Below the pieces are notes generated by a model. The model was not told the DNA's origin and did no database searches. It worked only from the letters and a program-made list of their open reading frames with translations. From assembly GCF_006345805.1 (NCBI RefSeq), contig NC_043000.1:45074001-45138000 (forward strand): 64,000 nt of DNA, written 5' to 3'. Below are positions 11,811 through 24,259 of the stretch, piece after piece. Source of the DNA: Octopus sinensis. Its lineage: Eukaryota. Each line of letters opens with the position of its first letter. Within the stretch, counting starts at the first letter, position 1. The position numbers were made by a program, and so were the translations under genes.

Positions 11811-12687
11811 ATTGTAGAAATTAAGCAAAGAGAATTATGTTATTGAAATTGCTGTGGTAAAATCCTGATACCCCTGTGGGATAGCAAGTTAACCGTTCTA
11901 AACTGTATAAAGGTGCATGTGCACTGTCAGTGAGGGACAATGTGCCATGTGCTCTCTCTCGTGTTACAGTCTGTGGATTATTTTCAAGGTTTACTGTTAG
12001 TTACTTGATGTTGAATTTTGTGGCATGTTTTCCCTTTTGGGAAATTCTTTGTTGAAAAAAGGTTTAAAAATTATTTTGAACTTGGGCTCTTTAAAATTTC
12101 TTTAGAGCATTGAAAATTACTACATTGCATTTTTTGCTAAAGAATTCTGAGCACTTGACCATGTAAGATGGTACCTGACAAATTATATGAATATTAATAC
12201 TCCCAGAAATGTTTTCCTTTTGTTTTATATATGACATTTCTTTACTTGAAGAAAATGAATAATCATATTATTGAAATAGTAAATAGTAAAAAAGAAAAAC
12301 GAAAAAATATGTAAAAATTGATTAATAGAAAATTCAATTAAACAAGAAATCAATTCCACACTGATAATACAAAATCTTACTCAGGCAAGTAAGAATAGAA
12401 GCTCAAGCCAAAGTGTGTGCCTCTATAGTCTGCAGCAATACTGAGGTACTGTCTTGAAGGGTGCAGTCACACAAATTAACTCAGTAGTTGTTTTTCTAAT
12501 TTTGGTTCTTATTAAACCAGTCTCTTCCAACTGGTTGGAAGAGACTGGTTGGAGTCTAAAGAAACTATGGAGACATAAACAAACCAGCATTGGTTGTCAA
12601 GTAGTGGAGTGGGACAACGACAAAGACAAAGGCATCCACACATATGCATACATACATATAATATATCTGTGTGTGTATTATATATAT

Positions 12688-12729
<42 letters not shown>

Positions 12730-13479
12730 ATATTATATATATATATACATATATTATTGAACATAAATACTCATATATAAGTGTGTGTGTGTATTATTGA
12801 AAATACATACTTATTGTATGTATTTACTAGTAGGCTGCTCTGGTATGGTAGAGAGGACTCTATCAAAGTGCCAGGTTTTGAAACACCTGAAGATCATAGA
12901 AAGGTGAGAGACAACTCTCCTAAATTCCCATTCAGGATCAATGGACATGGATGTTTCATCATTTTTGTAGCTTATCAATATCATATATCTGAACCGAATC
13001 AGAGGCAAGCTGAATCGTCATTCCAAGACTATATGCAAATAATATAAAAAAATCCTTTGTGGGTATACCCAGATGATGCATATGTACAAATAAATTGTTC
13101 CCCATTAGGCTGCAATTTGACATGGTAAAGATGACACCATCAAAGTACCAGATGACTTTCAAGTTTTGAGATATCTCACCTGTCTATGATTTTCAGGCAT
13201 TTTTATATATTCTTTCCTAGGTAGTTATGCTATGTCCTTTAAAAATGTGTCCCAAAATATTGTCTCCGCTTCAAAGATAATCTACTTACTACAATATGGT
13301 CTACTTGATGAGGGCCGGTCTGCAGACAAACAACTGCGAAAACAGACAAACAAGTATCAATGAACTAATGAGTAATCTTCTATGTGTTCATTTTGTCTGC
13401 CAGAAATAGTTGCAAAGAAACATTAACTAATTAAAAGTAAAGCCCCTAATTATAGCCCTCAGTCAGACAAGGCTGACTA

Positions 13480-14260
13480 TGCAGCTGCACATCTATATGC
13501 AAATATGGACATGATTTTCTTGAGAGAGGCTGGCAGTTGCCCACATATGCAAGAATCCTTTTTCTCCACTGCAAATGTTATCCAAAGAAAAGGCCAGAGA
13601 CTTGGACTGATGAAAGTAGTTGTCAGTTCCATTACATTGCAACAATCACAACACAAAGAACCAGAACAGATACCACAAGACATCTTGCCCAATCATTCAA
13701 AAGTTCTGCCAAGATGGGTTCTTTGCTAATCAATCCTAAAACAGTGAAAGAGAAAGCTGACCTCATTAGAATCTAAACTCAGAACAAAAAATCAGAAAAA
13801 ATACCATGAGGCTTACTATCCAACACTCATATAAAACTTGCAAGTCTTTGCTTTATCTAAATTAATAAATCCAGTCAAAGTAGAAAAATAGATAACCTTG
13901 AGATTACAATTAATAACAACTAATTGAATATGGAATGCAGTGTGGACTGAATCTGATGTTAACGTACTGAATCTGATCTTTATTTGTATGATGATAACTC
14001 CAGACAAGTTTCAGTACTATTAAACCTCATCAGTAAAGCATTTAACATTTGTTATTGCATGGAGGAACATAGACTCACCTTAATCTAGAGAAACTGATTT
14101 TCCACTTAAACTGTTGCAAGTCAACACGTGCAGAAATGATATCTACATCCATGAGGTTTATATTATAGGAAGAAACAATGAGGTGCCAAGGCTGCTGCTG
14201 CTGGGTCTACATGGTTTGATACAACATGGGTGATATATGAGGGGAGACCAGAGAGATGAC
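13480..14260 (+). pseudogene. Ancient CR1/L2-like reverse transcriptase remnant
   Basis: Decayed motifs in the expected order: DLYLYDDNSRQVSVLLNLISKAF (cf. VLLDLSKAFD) and a frameshifted GVPQG-like segment near 14180. Confidence 0.5.
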
Positions 14261-15063
14261 ATAAAACCAGAAGGCTCTGAGAATTAGAAAAGATTATACG
14301 ATTTGTAAAAAAGAAAAAAAAAGAGAGAAGCAATGGCTAATCTGTAGGCTAGATATTAGAGTCCTTTTGTAGCTTTGTAGCAATAGAATTTGTTAGAATT
14401 TTAAAAGCAATCTTTTAAAACAACAAATATTTTGAAAGTTATACATGGTCTCACAAGACCTTGTTGAGCGCTTGTAGTAAGACTTTGTCTATAAGCCTTC
14501 AGTACTGCTCTTCAGCAAAATCCCCCCATCATAGTTTCTGCACAAACAGAATACAGTTAATTATCTGTTAAGTTTTGGGTTTGCTTTTTTCAACCATTCA
14601 TCAATCTGAAGCAGCAATGTTTGGTTGAATTCGTCACTGTTGCTATAAGGATAAGATAAGTTAGGAAAACGTTATTGTTAAATCAGGAGTATTAAATCAG
14701 GTGGGATAAATCAGCATCAATCAAGAAATTTTATCACTCCTATAAAACGGAGTGTGTATTAATAGTGAAATAACATGTTGTTACAGGCAAAAGCCAAATT
14801 CAAATTTATGAATAGAACAAGCTGTTATACCATATTGAGAACTGAGAACTATCGTGTTAAAGTCTTTTAAATTCAGAGGTCTACTGAAGAATACTTCTTT
14901 TCAATTTCAAGAAGGGTTCAGAGAAAATGCTTTTATATTTACCATTACTTACACAAAAATCCTTTTCCTTTTAATTTCACCATTTCTGAAAGTACTACTA
15001 TAGTAAATGGTTTACACACACTTAGGCATGCGTGTGCTCATGCACACATACACCCATGCATGC

Positions 15064-15100
<37 letters not shown>

Positions 15101-15688
15101 TATCAGCATTAGTTTAAATTGACTTTGCTATAATTGCATAGGTTAGAAGAAATTTCTTGAGGCAGAATTTCTATTGCTAAATGCCCTTCTTGTTCCTGCT
15201 TTGTTCATCACTGCCTACTGCAAGGTTTCTGCAGCTGGATGCCCTTCCTAATGTCAACCATTTCACAGAGTTTCCCATAGCCCCTGCAAAATTGAAGTCA
15301 CCTTGAAACCTACATGACTAAATACACTTCTTAACTGAGTTGAAATATCAAAGAAAAGAAGAAGGCTTATGTTATACACTGTGAGATTATAGTATGGTAG
15401 CTATAAGAGCAATAAGGTTATTGCGATAAATGTGATGCATTTTTACATCAAATTAAGACAAGGTGTCACCATATATTACAAGATGCAAGAAAGGGATTAC
15501 ACATTAATAGAGGAGAGAAAATTAAGAAATGTGGTGAGTAAATCTTACAAGACTGTGAGGGAGAACCAAAGATGAGAAGATATAGGGTTAATAAGGGAAT
15601 GGTGAAAATGTAAAGAGGGGGTCAACGATAAATATGAGGTTAGAGAAAGTAATAAGAATAAAGAATGGATGTTAAAAGAAATGATTCA

Positions 15689-15689
<1 letters not shown>

Positions 15690-15783
<94 letters not shown>

Positions 15784-15801
15784 TCACATGCATACATACA
15801 A

Positions 15802-15833
<32 letters not shown>

Positions 15834-15897
15834 TTATTTATATATATATATATATTATATATATATATATATATTTATTTATTTATATATATATGTA

Positions 15898-15940
<43 letters not shown>

Positions 15941-15965
15941 ATATATACATATGTACATATATATA
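15690..15965. repeat. (TA)n microsatellite
   Basis: Direct reading. Confidence 0.95.
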
Positions 15966-16600
15966 TCATCATCATCATCAATTAGCATCTGTTGTCCATG
16001 GTGGCATGGGTTGGACGGTTTAACCAGGGCTGGCAAGGTGGAAGGCTGCACCAAACTCCACTGGGATTTGCCATTGTTTCTATGACTGGATGCCCTTCCT
16101 CATGCCAACCACACAGAGAGTGTAATGATTGCTTTTACATGCCACCATCACGGGTGCCATTTGCGTGACTTTGGCATCTTTCACAACAGCAACATCACTT
16201 GGATTGATGGTTTTCTCAAGCATGACGTAATGCCAAAATTCTCAGTCATTGCCTCTGTGAGGCCAAACACTCGAAAGGAGCTCAGCCACTTTGCCACCAT
16301 GAGGCCCAATGCTCGAAAGGTGCATTTTCTCTGTCACCGGCATGGGTGCCATTTACGTGACACCAGCATCAACCACGACAACGATTTTGCTTGGATTAAC
16401 AGGGCTTCTCAAGCACAGCATATCACCAAACGTCTCAGTGCCAGTCATTGCCACTGTGAGGCCCAAAGTTCACAGATCATGCTTCACCACCTCTTCCTAT
16501 GTCTTCTTGGGGGCCTACCTGTACCACACATTCTCTCCACAGTTAGAGATCGGCATTTATTTACACAACTGTTCTCGTCCATCTGTATCACATGACCATA
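15965..16600 (-). mobile_element. RTE-related LINE 3' end, older subfamily
   Basis: (CAT)n tail, GCATGGGTTGGACGG, GGATGCCCTTCCT, and a last-ORF-like segment ending CACATGACCATACCAGC as in the 9129 LINE. Confidence 0.75.
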
Positions 16601-16718
16601 CCAGCACATGTGTATATATATATATATATATATGTAGGTCCCGGGTTGAGTCGGGGTTAACCACAGTAAATAAGGTACTCAATACATAGCAGAGTAAATT
16701 AATTTATTATATAGAAGG

Positions 16719-16769
16719 AGCTTCTACAGGACTAGAACTGTTTCATTCAAAAGAAATCATCAGGAAGCT
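16719..16769 (-). ncRNA. Type I hammerhead ribozyme, mirror copy
   Basis: Exact reverse complement of 16778-16828. Confidence 0.8.
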
Positions 16770-16777
16770 AGTAGACT

Positions 16778-16828
16778 AGCTTCCTGATGATTTCTTTTGA
16801 ATGAAACAGTTCTAGTCCTGTAGAAGCT
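16778..16828 (+). ncRNA. Type I hammerhead ribozyme
   Basis: Stem I AGCTTC/GAAGCT, core CTGATGA, stem II TTC/GAA with a U-U closing mismatch, GAAA, stem III CAG/CTG, GUA cleavage triplet. Confidence 0.8.
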
Positions 16829-16843
16829 CCTTCTATATAATAA

Positions 16844-16876
<33 letters not shown>

Positions 16877-17189
16877 CACTTGTGTATATATATGTATGTA
16901 TACATATACATATATATATTTTTATACCTATATATAGATAGACAGAGATATCGTCCGTAATCATAAATCCACTCTAAGTTATAAAGCAGTATACATTAAA
17001 CTTAGATAAGGCCGGATTATGGGATTACCGTAGATTTCACGTCCATAAGGGGTTTAGAATATGGCATATCATTAGATCCCAAAACCTGAGCTGACCCGGA
17101 AGTTGTTGCTCTTTGATTACTATCGCAAACATCAGTAGGATTCTAGAGATGACCTGGAAGTTGTTGCTCTTCAATTACACACACACACC

Positions 17190-17415
17190 CTCTATAAATC
17201 CTAAATTTTATTTTAGAATTTATGGGAGCAACTGTCTTTGAAGACTCATATTGTCATTGAATGCTTGAAATGAGGAGTAGATAGACAGCTGACAACTGAT
17301 GAAAGGTCATTTCTCTGTGTTTACTTGTCCTGAATTCCATTTTTATCTCTTGTTTTTTGCATATTTAATTCGTTTGTTTATGTATTTCATGTCGTTTACA
17401 CAGTTGGCGGAGTCC
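17190..17415 (+). mobile_element. Unclassified about 220-bp interspersed repeat, possibly a Penelope-like terminus; other copies at 55536-55662 (-), 55672-55870 (+) and 56335-56545 (+)
   Basis: Shared ATTTATGGGAGCAACTG...GACTCATATTGTCATTGA...CTGATGA...TTGTCCTG. Confidence 0.75.
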
Positions 17416-17419
17416 TGTA

Positions 17420-17422
17420 CTC

Positions 17423-17484
<62 letters not shown>

Positions 17485-17505
17485 CATTCATATATATATT
17501 ATTTA

Positions 17506-17564
<59 letters not shown>

Positions 17565-17569
17565 TCTAC

Positions 17570-17628
<59 letters not shown>

Positions 17629-17640
17629 TTATATTTATAT
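17420..17640. repeat. (TA)n plus (ATT)n microsatellites
   Basis: Direct reading. Confidence 0.95.
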
Positions 17641-18104
17641 ATATGCTTTGCTGATGAACATTAGGAAGATTGTTGTCCACGTCATCTGCATGCTCATTTG
17701 TTGTTGATAAGGCCAATATGGGATCAACATATCCAATTGCAATGATGACAAAGGTATGGTTGTTCAGGGTTTGATGATGCAGTTGCATTATTCTTTCACC
17801 TCCGACGTTTGTCTTCAAGAGATGCACTGCATGAGATCTCAAAGGAGGGAACAGCATCAGTGATGGTATGGCATCAAGCAGCATGGTCAGCTGTTGGAGT
17901 GGAACACTCATGATAATCAATGCCACAAACACTAAGGGACTGCTACTTTACCACTATTTCTGTTTAGAATAACATCTACACAAATTTTATAAACAAAACA
18001 TTCAAAAGAGATATCTCAAGAATTCAATCACTACTACCATCCGCAATGGGTCACTTTCAGGGCACTTGACCATTTAACATCCTACTACTTTCATGGCACT
18101 CCCG

Positions 18105-18247
18105 CATTCTTCTTCTCCTCCTCCTCCTCCTTCTTCTTCTTCTTCTTCTTCGTCGTCGTCTTCTTCTTCTTCTTCTTCTTCTTCTTCTTCTTCTTCTTCT
18201 TCTTCTTCTTCTTCTTCTTCTTCTTCTTCTTCTTCTTCTTCTTCTTC
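18105..18247. repeat. (TCT)n/(TCC)n polypyrimidine microsatellite
   Basis: Direct reading. Confidence 0.95.
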
Positions 18248-18515
18248 CCTGCCAAGAATTCACAATGACCTCGAACCCACAAGAGTAAACAAGAGAGACA
18301 GAGACAGGCAGAAACAAAGAAAATGCCTTTTGTATCTGAATACAATGCAAATATTCTTTTAAAAAATTTTTCTTTTAATCTTTCTAAAATTTAATTGTTT
18401 TCCATACTTACAGTTGAAAAAGTCTCAATGACTGAAACCGGTACTGCAATGTTTTTTATAAAATTATCATAGCATTTTTCACCTTCACTTTTTTCCTTAT
18501 ATGTACATATATGTG

Positions 18516-18593
<78 letters not shown>

Positions 18594-19125
18594 GTATATA
18601 TGTATGTATGTATATATATATGGAGATATATATTCGTCTCGGACTATATGCATATCTGTGTGTGTGTATACTGAATAGAGGGCCTACAATGATAAATGTA
18701 AGTTCGCAGCCTGGCTGCCAAACTTAAATGATAGATTGTAGAAATATATTGCTCGGATTTTTGAATCCTCGTAGCTCCCATGTCTCTCTTGTCATTTTCA
18801 TAGATGCAAAGCCAAAAACATAATCTTCTATCTGCTTTGAGAAATAATAACACCGTCCATTTACTATCTATCCAAAGAAATTGCTTTGACTTCTTTAGCA
18901 TTGTAGTTACGGTTGCAGATATTGTAATATATTCCATGGTCTAGAACAAAATAAAAAGGTTACTGATGATAGTTATAAAATCTTTAAGCATTTCATGTGG
19001 TCTGCCAACAAGGTTTTCTTTATATAATGGGTAATTCTACTACATTATTAATTAAGCACATATAAGTCATGCAAATAAATAAGCTATCAGCAAACTCATA
19101 TTCCTCTATGTTGTGTGTGTTTGTT

Positions 19126-19161
<36 letters not shown>

Positions 19162-19749
19162 TGTGTGTGTTTGTGTGTGTGTGTCTGTGTGTGTGTATGT
19201 TTGTGTGTTGGAGTACATAGCCTTGTGCTTAGGCTGTTACACTCAAGATTGCAAGTTTGTGGTTTTGATTCCAGGACAAACCAAACATTGTATGCTCAAA
19301 CAAAACACTTCATTTCATATAGTTCGGTGATCACTTCAATATCTGATCTGTGGCACATTGTGCACCAGTATAGGAGGCAATGTCGATTTGAAAGAGGGAC
19401 TGAGCTATCGTATAACATAATCATTTGATCACTATTTACAAATCCTCTAAGCATGTAATTGAGTAAAACATCAAGAATCTTCATTATTTGCTGTTTATGA
19501 TAGGAGAGTCCATATCCTCATCATCATCATATCATCATTTAACGTCTGTGTCCCATGCTAGCACCTGACATTTGTGATTGTTTTGGCAGGAGTTTTATAC
19601 AGCTGGTTGTATAAACAAAAGTAACAGGTAGCTATTATATGTTGATACTAGACCGAAGCAAAATGTAAAAAAGCAGATTTGTTTTCGAGAAAAGGCAGAT
19701 AATGTAGCAAATTTAAGTATGTTAGAAATTATTACTGTTTATCTAAGAA

Positions 19750-19860
19750 AGAATTACAATGACATTAGTCTTATTGAGAGGACTCTATAGGCCATGAATA
19801 TATTTAACAATGACGGCAGTTCTTTCATGAAACTGGATAAAAGAGGATTGAAGTAATTCA
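19750..19860 (+). pseudogene. Penelope-like RT N-terminal remnant; inverted paralogue at about 20890-21010
   Basis: NIFNNDGSSFMKLD and NILNNDSSSFSKLD resemble the Penelope RT segment ILNDTSKFKKLD; the two DNA segments are clearly homologous. Confidence 0.4.
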
Positions 19861-22800
19861 AGTAATATTTGTCAATGATAGAAGAATGGAAAGCAAAATA
19901 AGCTTCAACTGGATTTAAATTCAGGGTGTGATTTAAATAGTGTAAGAATGTTATCAACAACAGAGCTTCCATGTTAGGTCTAAGGAACCCTCATCTACAT
20001 GAAAATTTTGCCCACCTTCAAACTGGAAACCACCTGCTGACAGAGACTCTGAAATTATATATCAAAATAGGGTTTAAATCTTACGATCAAAAATGCAATT
20101 TAATATAAATTACATAACTGTTAATACATAGAATTAGAATTTTTTCTCTGCCCAGATGTACTCAAATAGTTTTTTATGTGTTTGCAATTTGCTCTTGATA
20201 CTAAAAAGATTTTCCCCACTGCTCTACATGGTTGCTTAACATGCTGAAAATAGCAGCTAAATTTCTCTTGAAATTATATTTTACAGTCTTCGAAAAGACA
20301 AATTCATTAGGTAATGTTAATATGAGATTATATTACATCTAAAGAAAGAAAAAATCATGGTGGTCAAGAGTGGAGCACCTTTGATTTTAAGTCTGTTCAG
20401 TCAGGGGTGAACTTGAGTTCAACAGATGGAAATACATTGTCTAACACCATTGATTCTGCCATCTATCCACTTTGTATCTACCCTCAGTATGTGACTATCA
20501 AAATTTTTTTCTTGTTTTTCTAACAAATTACATCCATTCACAACTGGAGAATGGTCAGTTGCTCCATAATCTTTATTTGGTTTAAATGATATTAATTCAT
20601 GGAAACTTGACTGTGAAACACAAATGGACATTTTAGCTTTCTGCTGAAAAAAAATACCATCTAACTTGCTGTTTTGCTGCTTGTCAAAGTAATCTGTAGC
20701 TAAAGCCAAAATAACAATATTTCTAAAATAGAAGCTGTCTCTTCTAATTATAGTTGGCTATTTTGCCTTGAAAATCTAAAGACAAACAGTTCATGTGTAA
20801 AACAAATTGTTAAATGGAAAATTTTAATATTTCTGAAAAATATTTTTTTATTGCATATCCCGCCAATTAATTTAATTACAGGAAAAAATTATTTTTAACC
20901 ACTCTTCTGTTATCCAGTTTGCTAAAAGAACTGCTGTCATTGTTCAATATATTCACAGTCTATAGAGTCTCTGGATAATACTGATTCCATAATAATTGTT
21001 TCTTAAATAAATAATAATAATTCTACAGATTTAAAAAGATATAATAACTGGTTAAATTGATTCCAACACTCAACTTCAACTTCTTTTTTCTATCAACTAT
21101 GGAAAGATTTTTAAAACCTTGGTTGCTTTTTACATCTGAACATAAAGGCATGTAACTAAACACCGAAAGGCAAATTTTGCATGAATGAGTTTGCAGTCTT
21201 GGTACAAATTTTGTAAATATAATGATAAATACAATTTGAGTGACTCCATTACATGATTAGTACTATTTTATTAATGTCAAACAAAAGGGTAAGTTTGACA
21301 CTGGGAGGATTTGATCTCAAAATGTAAAACAATAGGTTATCTACTTTTTAAGGTACATCAATACAATATAATAAGAGAAAGGCAAAGAAGAGTCATCACA
21401 TTGCTGAAACTTCATCTGCAGTTTCTCTTGTGCAATATATCAAAAAATGCAATAACATTGTGAATGAGATGTATCATCCTCTTTATACAGAGAAAGATAC
21501 AAATAACAAGTTAATTAAAGTGGCTCAGGTAAAGTTTGGAACTGCAGCATAAACATGTCTTTCTGGGTACTAAATATCATTCTATAACATAAGTATAAAG
21601 TATTCACATATTGCTTTCAAGGCCAGCGTAGGGCCTTCAAATATCAGCAAAAATATATCAGTTCATTATGAATGTCAAAATATTTTTTAAAAACCATAGC
21701 AATAAGGTAAATTATGGAATTTAAGGAAAACTAGTAATGATCTGTGTAGGTCAAAATCAATATAAGTTTCAGAAGATTGTAAAGTTCATTTGATGTGAGT
21801 GATGTTGAATACGACTTTACAGCCTGACTCTGACCCTGAAAATAAGGGGATCTATTCACTTTGACCGGTAGATTTAAAAAATAATTTTTCGTATACTGGT
21901 AGAATGTGTCACACTGCAGGAACTTCTTATTGACAAACAACAACAGTAATTGTATTCACCTCAACAGACGTCATTGATTGGTTGAAATTGCCAAAATACG
22001 AAAAATTTAACAACAAATAGCTTACAAACTGCAGAATTTTCTCAAGAACGCCAAGAGAAAAAGATGTTTTATGCGACAAATTCTACAAGTATACAGAGTT
22101 TAAAAGTGTTTAGGTACAAAAAATTATTTTTTATATCTGCCAGTCAAAGTGAAAAGATCCAAATAAGGAAATGAGGAGGAAAACTTGAAGTTGTGGGAAA
22201 TATATAATGGGAAGAGAGCTGGTTATCCAGGAGGATTAGTGAGAAGGTGACAACTCAAATAGACGAACAGGTGAAAGGAATAAAGGAATATTCTAAGAAA
22301 GTAGAACATAAGAGTGTCTGTACAAGACTTATGCTTGTCTGAGAACACACAGAGTAAGAATCTTCAACTAGCTCCAGGTAAAACAATTAATCAATGGAAT
22401 AGGCCTGGCCATTTGTCAGACTACTTACATCTTATAGATGTGCTCAGTCAGAGATAACCTGGGGTTAAACAACCAATGTTAATAATGTAGTTATGACTTA
22501 AATGGTTACACACATTTCTTTCTTCTTTCTTTTTACTTTTCTTCTTTCTTCTGTTTTTTCTTCTTCCTTTGCAGTCATATTGTCTAAATTGGGAAGGCAT
22601 TCCTTATAGCCTGTAGGGACTATCTTAGATCATAAATTGGAATAGTGGTGGCATGAAAGAAATTGGAAGTTAATATGTAGCATGGAGTTTCAGTGTTTAA
22701 TCTTATAGTTGTTTTTCTTGTTATACTTCAATATATGTATGCAACTGAATGCAAAGTTTCTTGTGTACCTTTTCTTTTTGCATTTTATTTATTTATAGTT

Positions 22801-23373
22801 GCATTCTTGCTTCTAACAAATTGTATGATATTACATTCCAAAATTACATAACCCTTTATTATTGTGAACCTATCAATGTGATATGCAATATTGTAAATGT
22901 TAATATCCTTTGCGTGTATAGCTTTTGACAGTCAAACAAATTATCTACCTTTGGTGTAAGAGAAGGGTATTCCACAATATAAAAGAACTGCTAAAAAAGA
23001 CTAGCTATAATGCTTGCTACATGATTTTTATTTTTTAACTTAATAGTTGCTCTCTATTGAAATATTTCTTTGCTTTACCTCACTTGGATGTTTTTCTTTA
23101 AAGATATTTTTCTTTAAAGGAAAATATACATATCTATAAACTAGTTGTTTAGCTCCAGGTAATCTGGATTAAGCATACCTTTGGATCAAAAAGCCTTCCA
23201 TCCATGACCAATTCATCATTTATTCATTTATTATTATTATTATTATTATTATTGACTTTGCTTTTTATGCTTTCAGGGTTGATAAATTAAGAACCAGTGA
23301 AACACTGGGGGGTCAATGTAATCGACTAGTCTCCTCCCACCAAATTTCAGGCATTGTGTCTTTAGTAGGGAGG

Positions 23374-23394
<21 letters not shown>

Positions 23395-23406
<12 letters not shown>

Positions 23407-23525
23407 GAGTGAGAGAGCAGTGCCTGCCATCAAAATGACACTCGGGTAATATATTTGAAGCTCAGTATACCCATCATGACTACCCATCCGATAATGATAC
23501 ATCAGGCACATGCGTCACAACAAAC
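23395..23525 (-). mobile_element. 3' UTR fragment of an RLE-type LINE with (AAT)n tail
   Basis: GAGAGAGCAGTGC...CCCATCATGACTACC also at about 45540 and 46425, adjacent to RLE fragments. Confidence 0.65.
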
Positions 23526-23789
23526 CTTGTAGGTGGGGCATAATTATCATCATCATCATTATCATCATCGTTATTCAGTTGTCTTATTTTTATCACATGC
23601 TTTCACTGCAACTACCAAGTCCAGCCCTGTGTGCTTTGGGTATGCATTGTGACTTGTTTTTGGTGTTATTATTTTTTACTGTATTTAAAATGCTTTTGAT
23701 AGGGTGTGTGCAGTGCCTGGCAGTGCTATTTTCAGTATGCTATATATATTTTTGTAAGTCTTGGTAATTTTTTTGGCAGTACATTTTTT

Positions 23790-24190
23790 AAACAAACCCA
23801 GTGCTCTAATTTTTAAAGGAATTATTTCTGTTTTCAGGCTCCACATTCAGGTTATCTCTATTTCTATATGTTTGTATTTTGAGGGTTTCTCTGTTTCTTT
23901 TAGTGATGCATTCTCATCTGTTGAGATTGATACATCAATTAGAAGGCATTTTTTTCTTGGTGATATCTGATAACTATATCTGGCCTTGATTTCTTTATCT
24001 GTGTGTATTGATATATCCTAGAGTATGATTGCTTTGTCATTTTCTGAAACCTTTTCTGGGGTGTGTCTATACAATCTTTTTTTCTGTTGTCATTCCATAG
24101 TGTTGGCATAGCTTTCAGTGCATATATGTCCCGACTCTCTCATATCTGTGGATATATTCCTTCTTAACCAGGACTAGGCAGCCGCAAACA
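23790..24190 (-). pseudogene. Restriction-like endonuclease (R4/NeSL-type) LINE C-terminal remnant
   Basis: Translation GTYMHxKLCQHYG...HTPEKVSEND...KCLLIDVSI...KETEK. Confidence 0.75.
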
Positions 24191-24259
24191 ATATGATTTA
24201 TTGTTTCTTGTCCATCACCACATATTCTTCAGTTACTTGTATTTTCCTTCATTATGTAT

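Larger units (their letters stand above)
16636..16845. mobile_element. Penelope-like element terminal fragment ending in a perfect palindrome
   Basis: Hammerhead followed by AATAAA is typical of Penelope-like termini (established); 16702-16772 is the exact reverse complement of 16775-16845. Confidence 0.65.

Noticed and set aside
11806-11812. GAAGT as TSD of the 9129 LINE
   Set aside because: Only 5 bp and overlapping LINE-derived sequence; indistinguishable from chance.
13996-14039. Hammerhead-like motif on the - strand (CTGATGA...GAAA CTTG TC)
   Set aside because: Stem I relies on G-U pairs, stem III is non-palindromic, and it lies inside a CR1/L2 RT remnant on the opposite strand; such hits are expected by chance in 128 kb.
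17660-17950. Possible Tc1 transposase remnant on the - strand
   Set aside because: Motifs too degraded to verify by eye.
20419-20709. 96-aa ORF on the - strand
   Set aside because: TTG start, no recognisable motif, ends in a SINE-like fragment; a few ORFs of this length are expected by chance.
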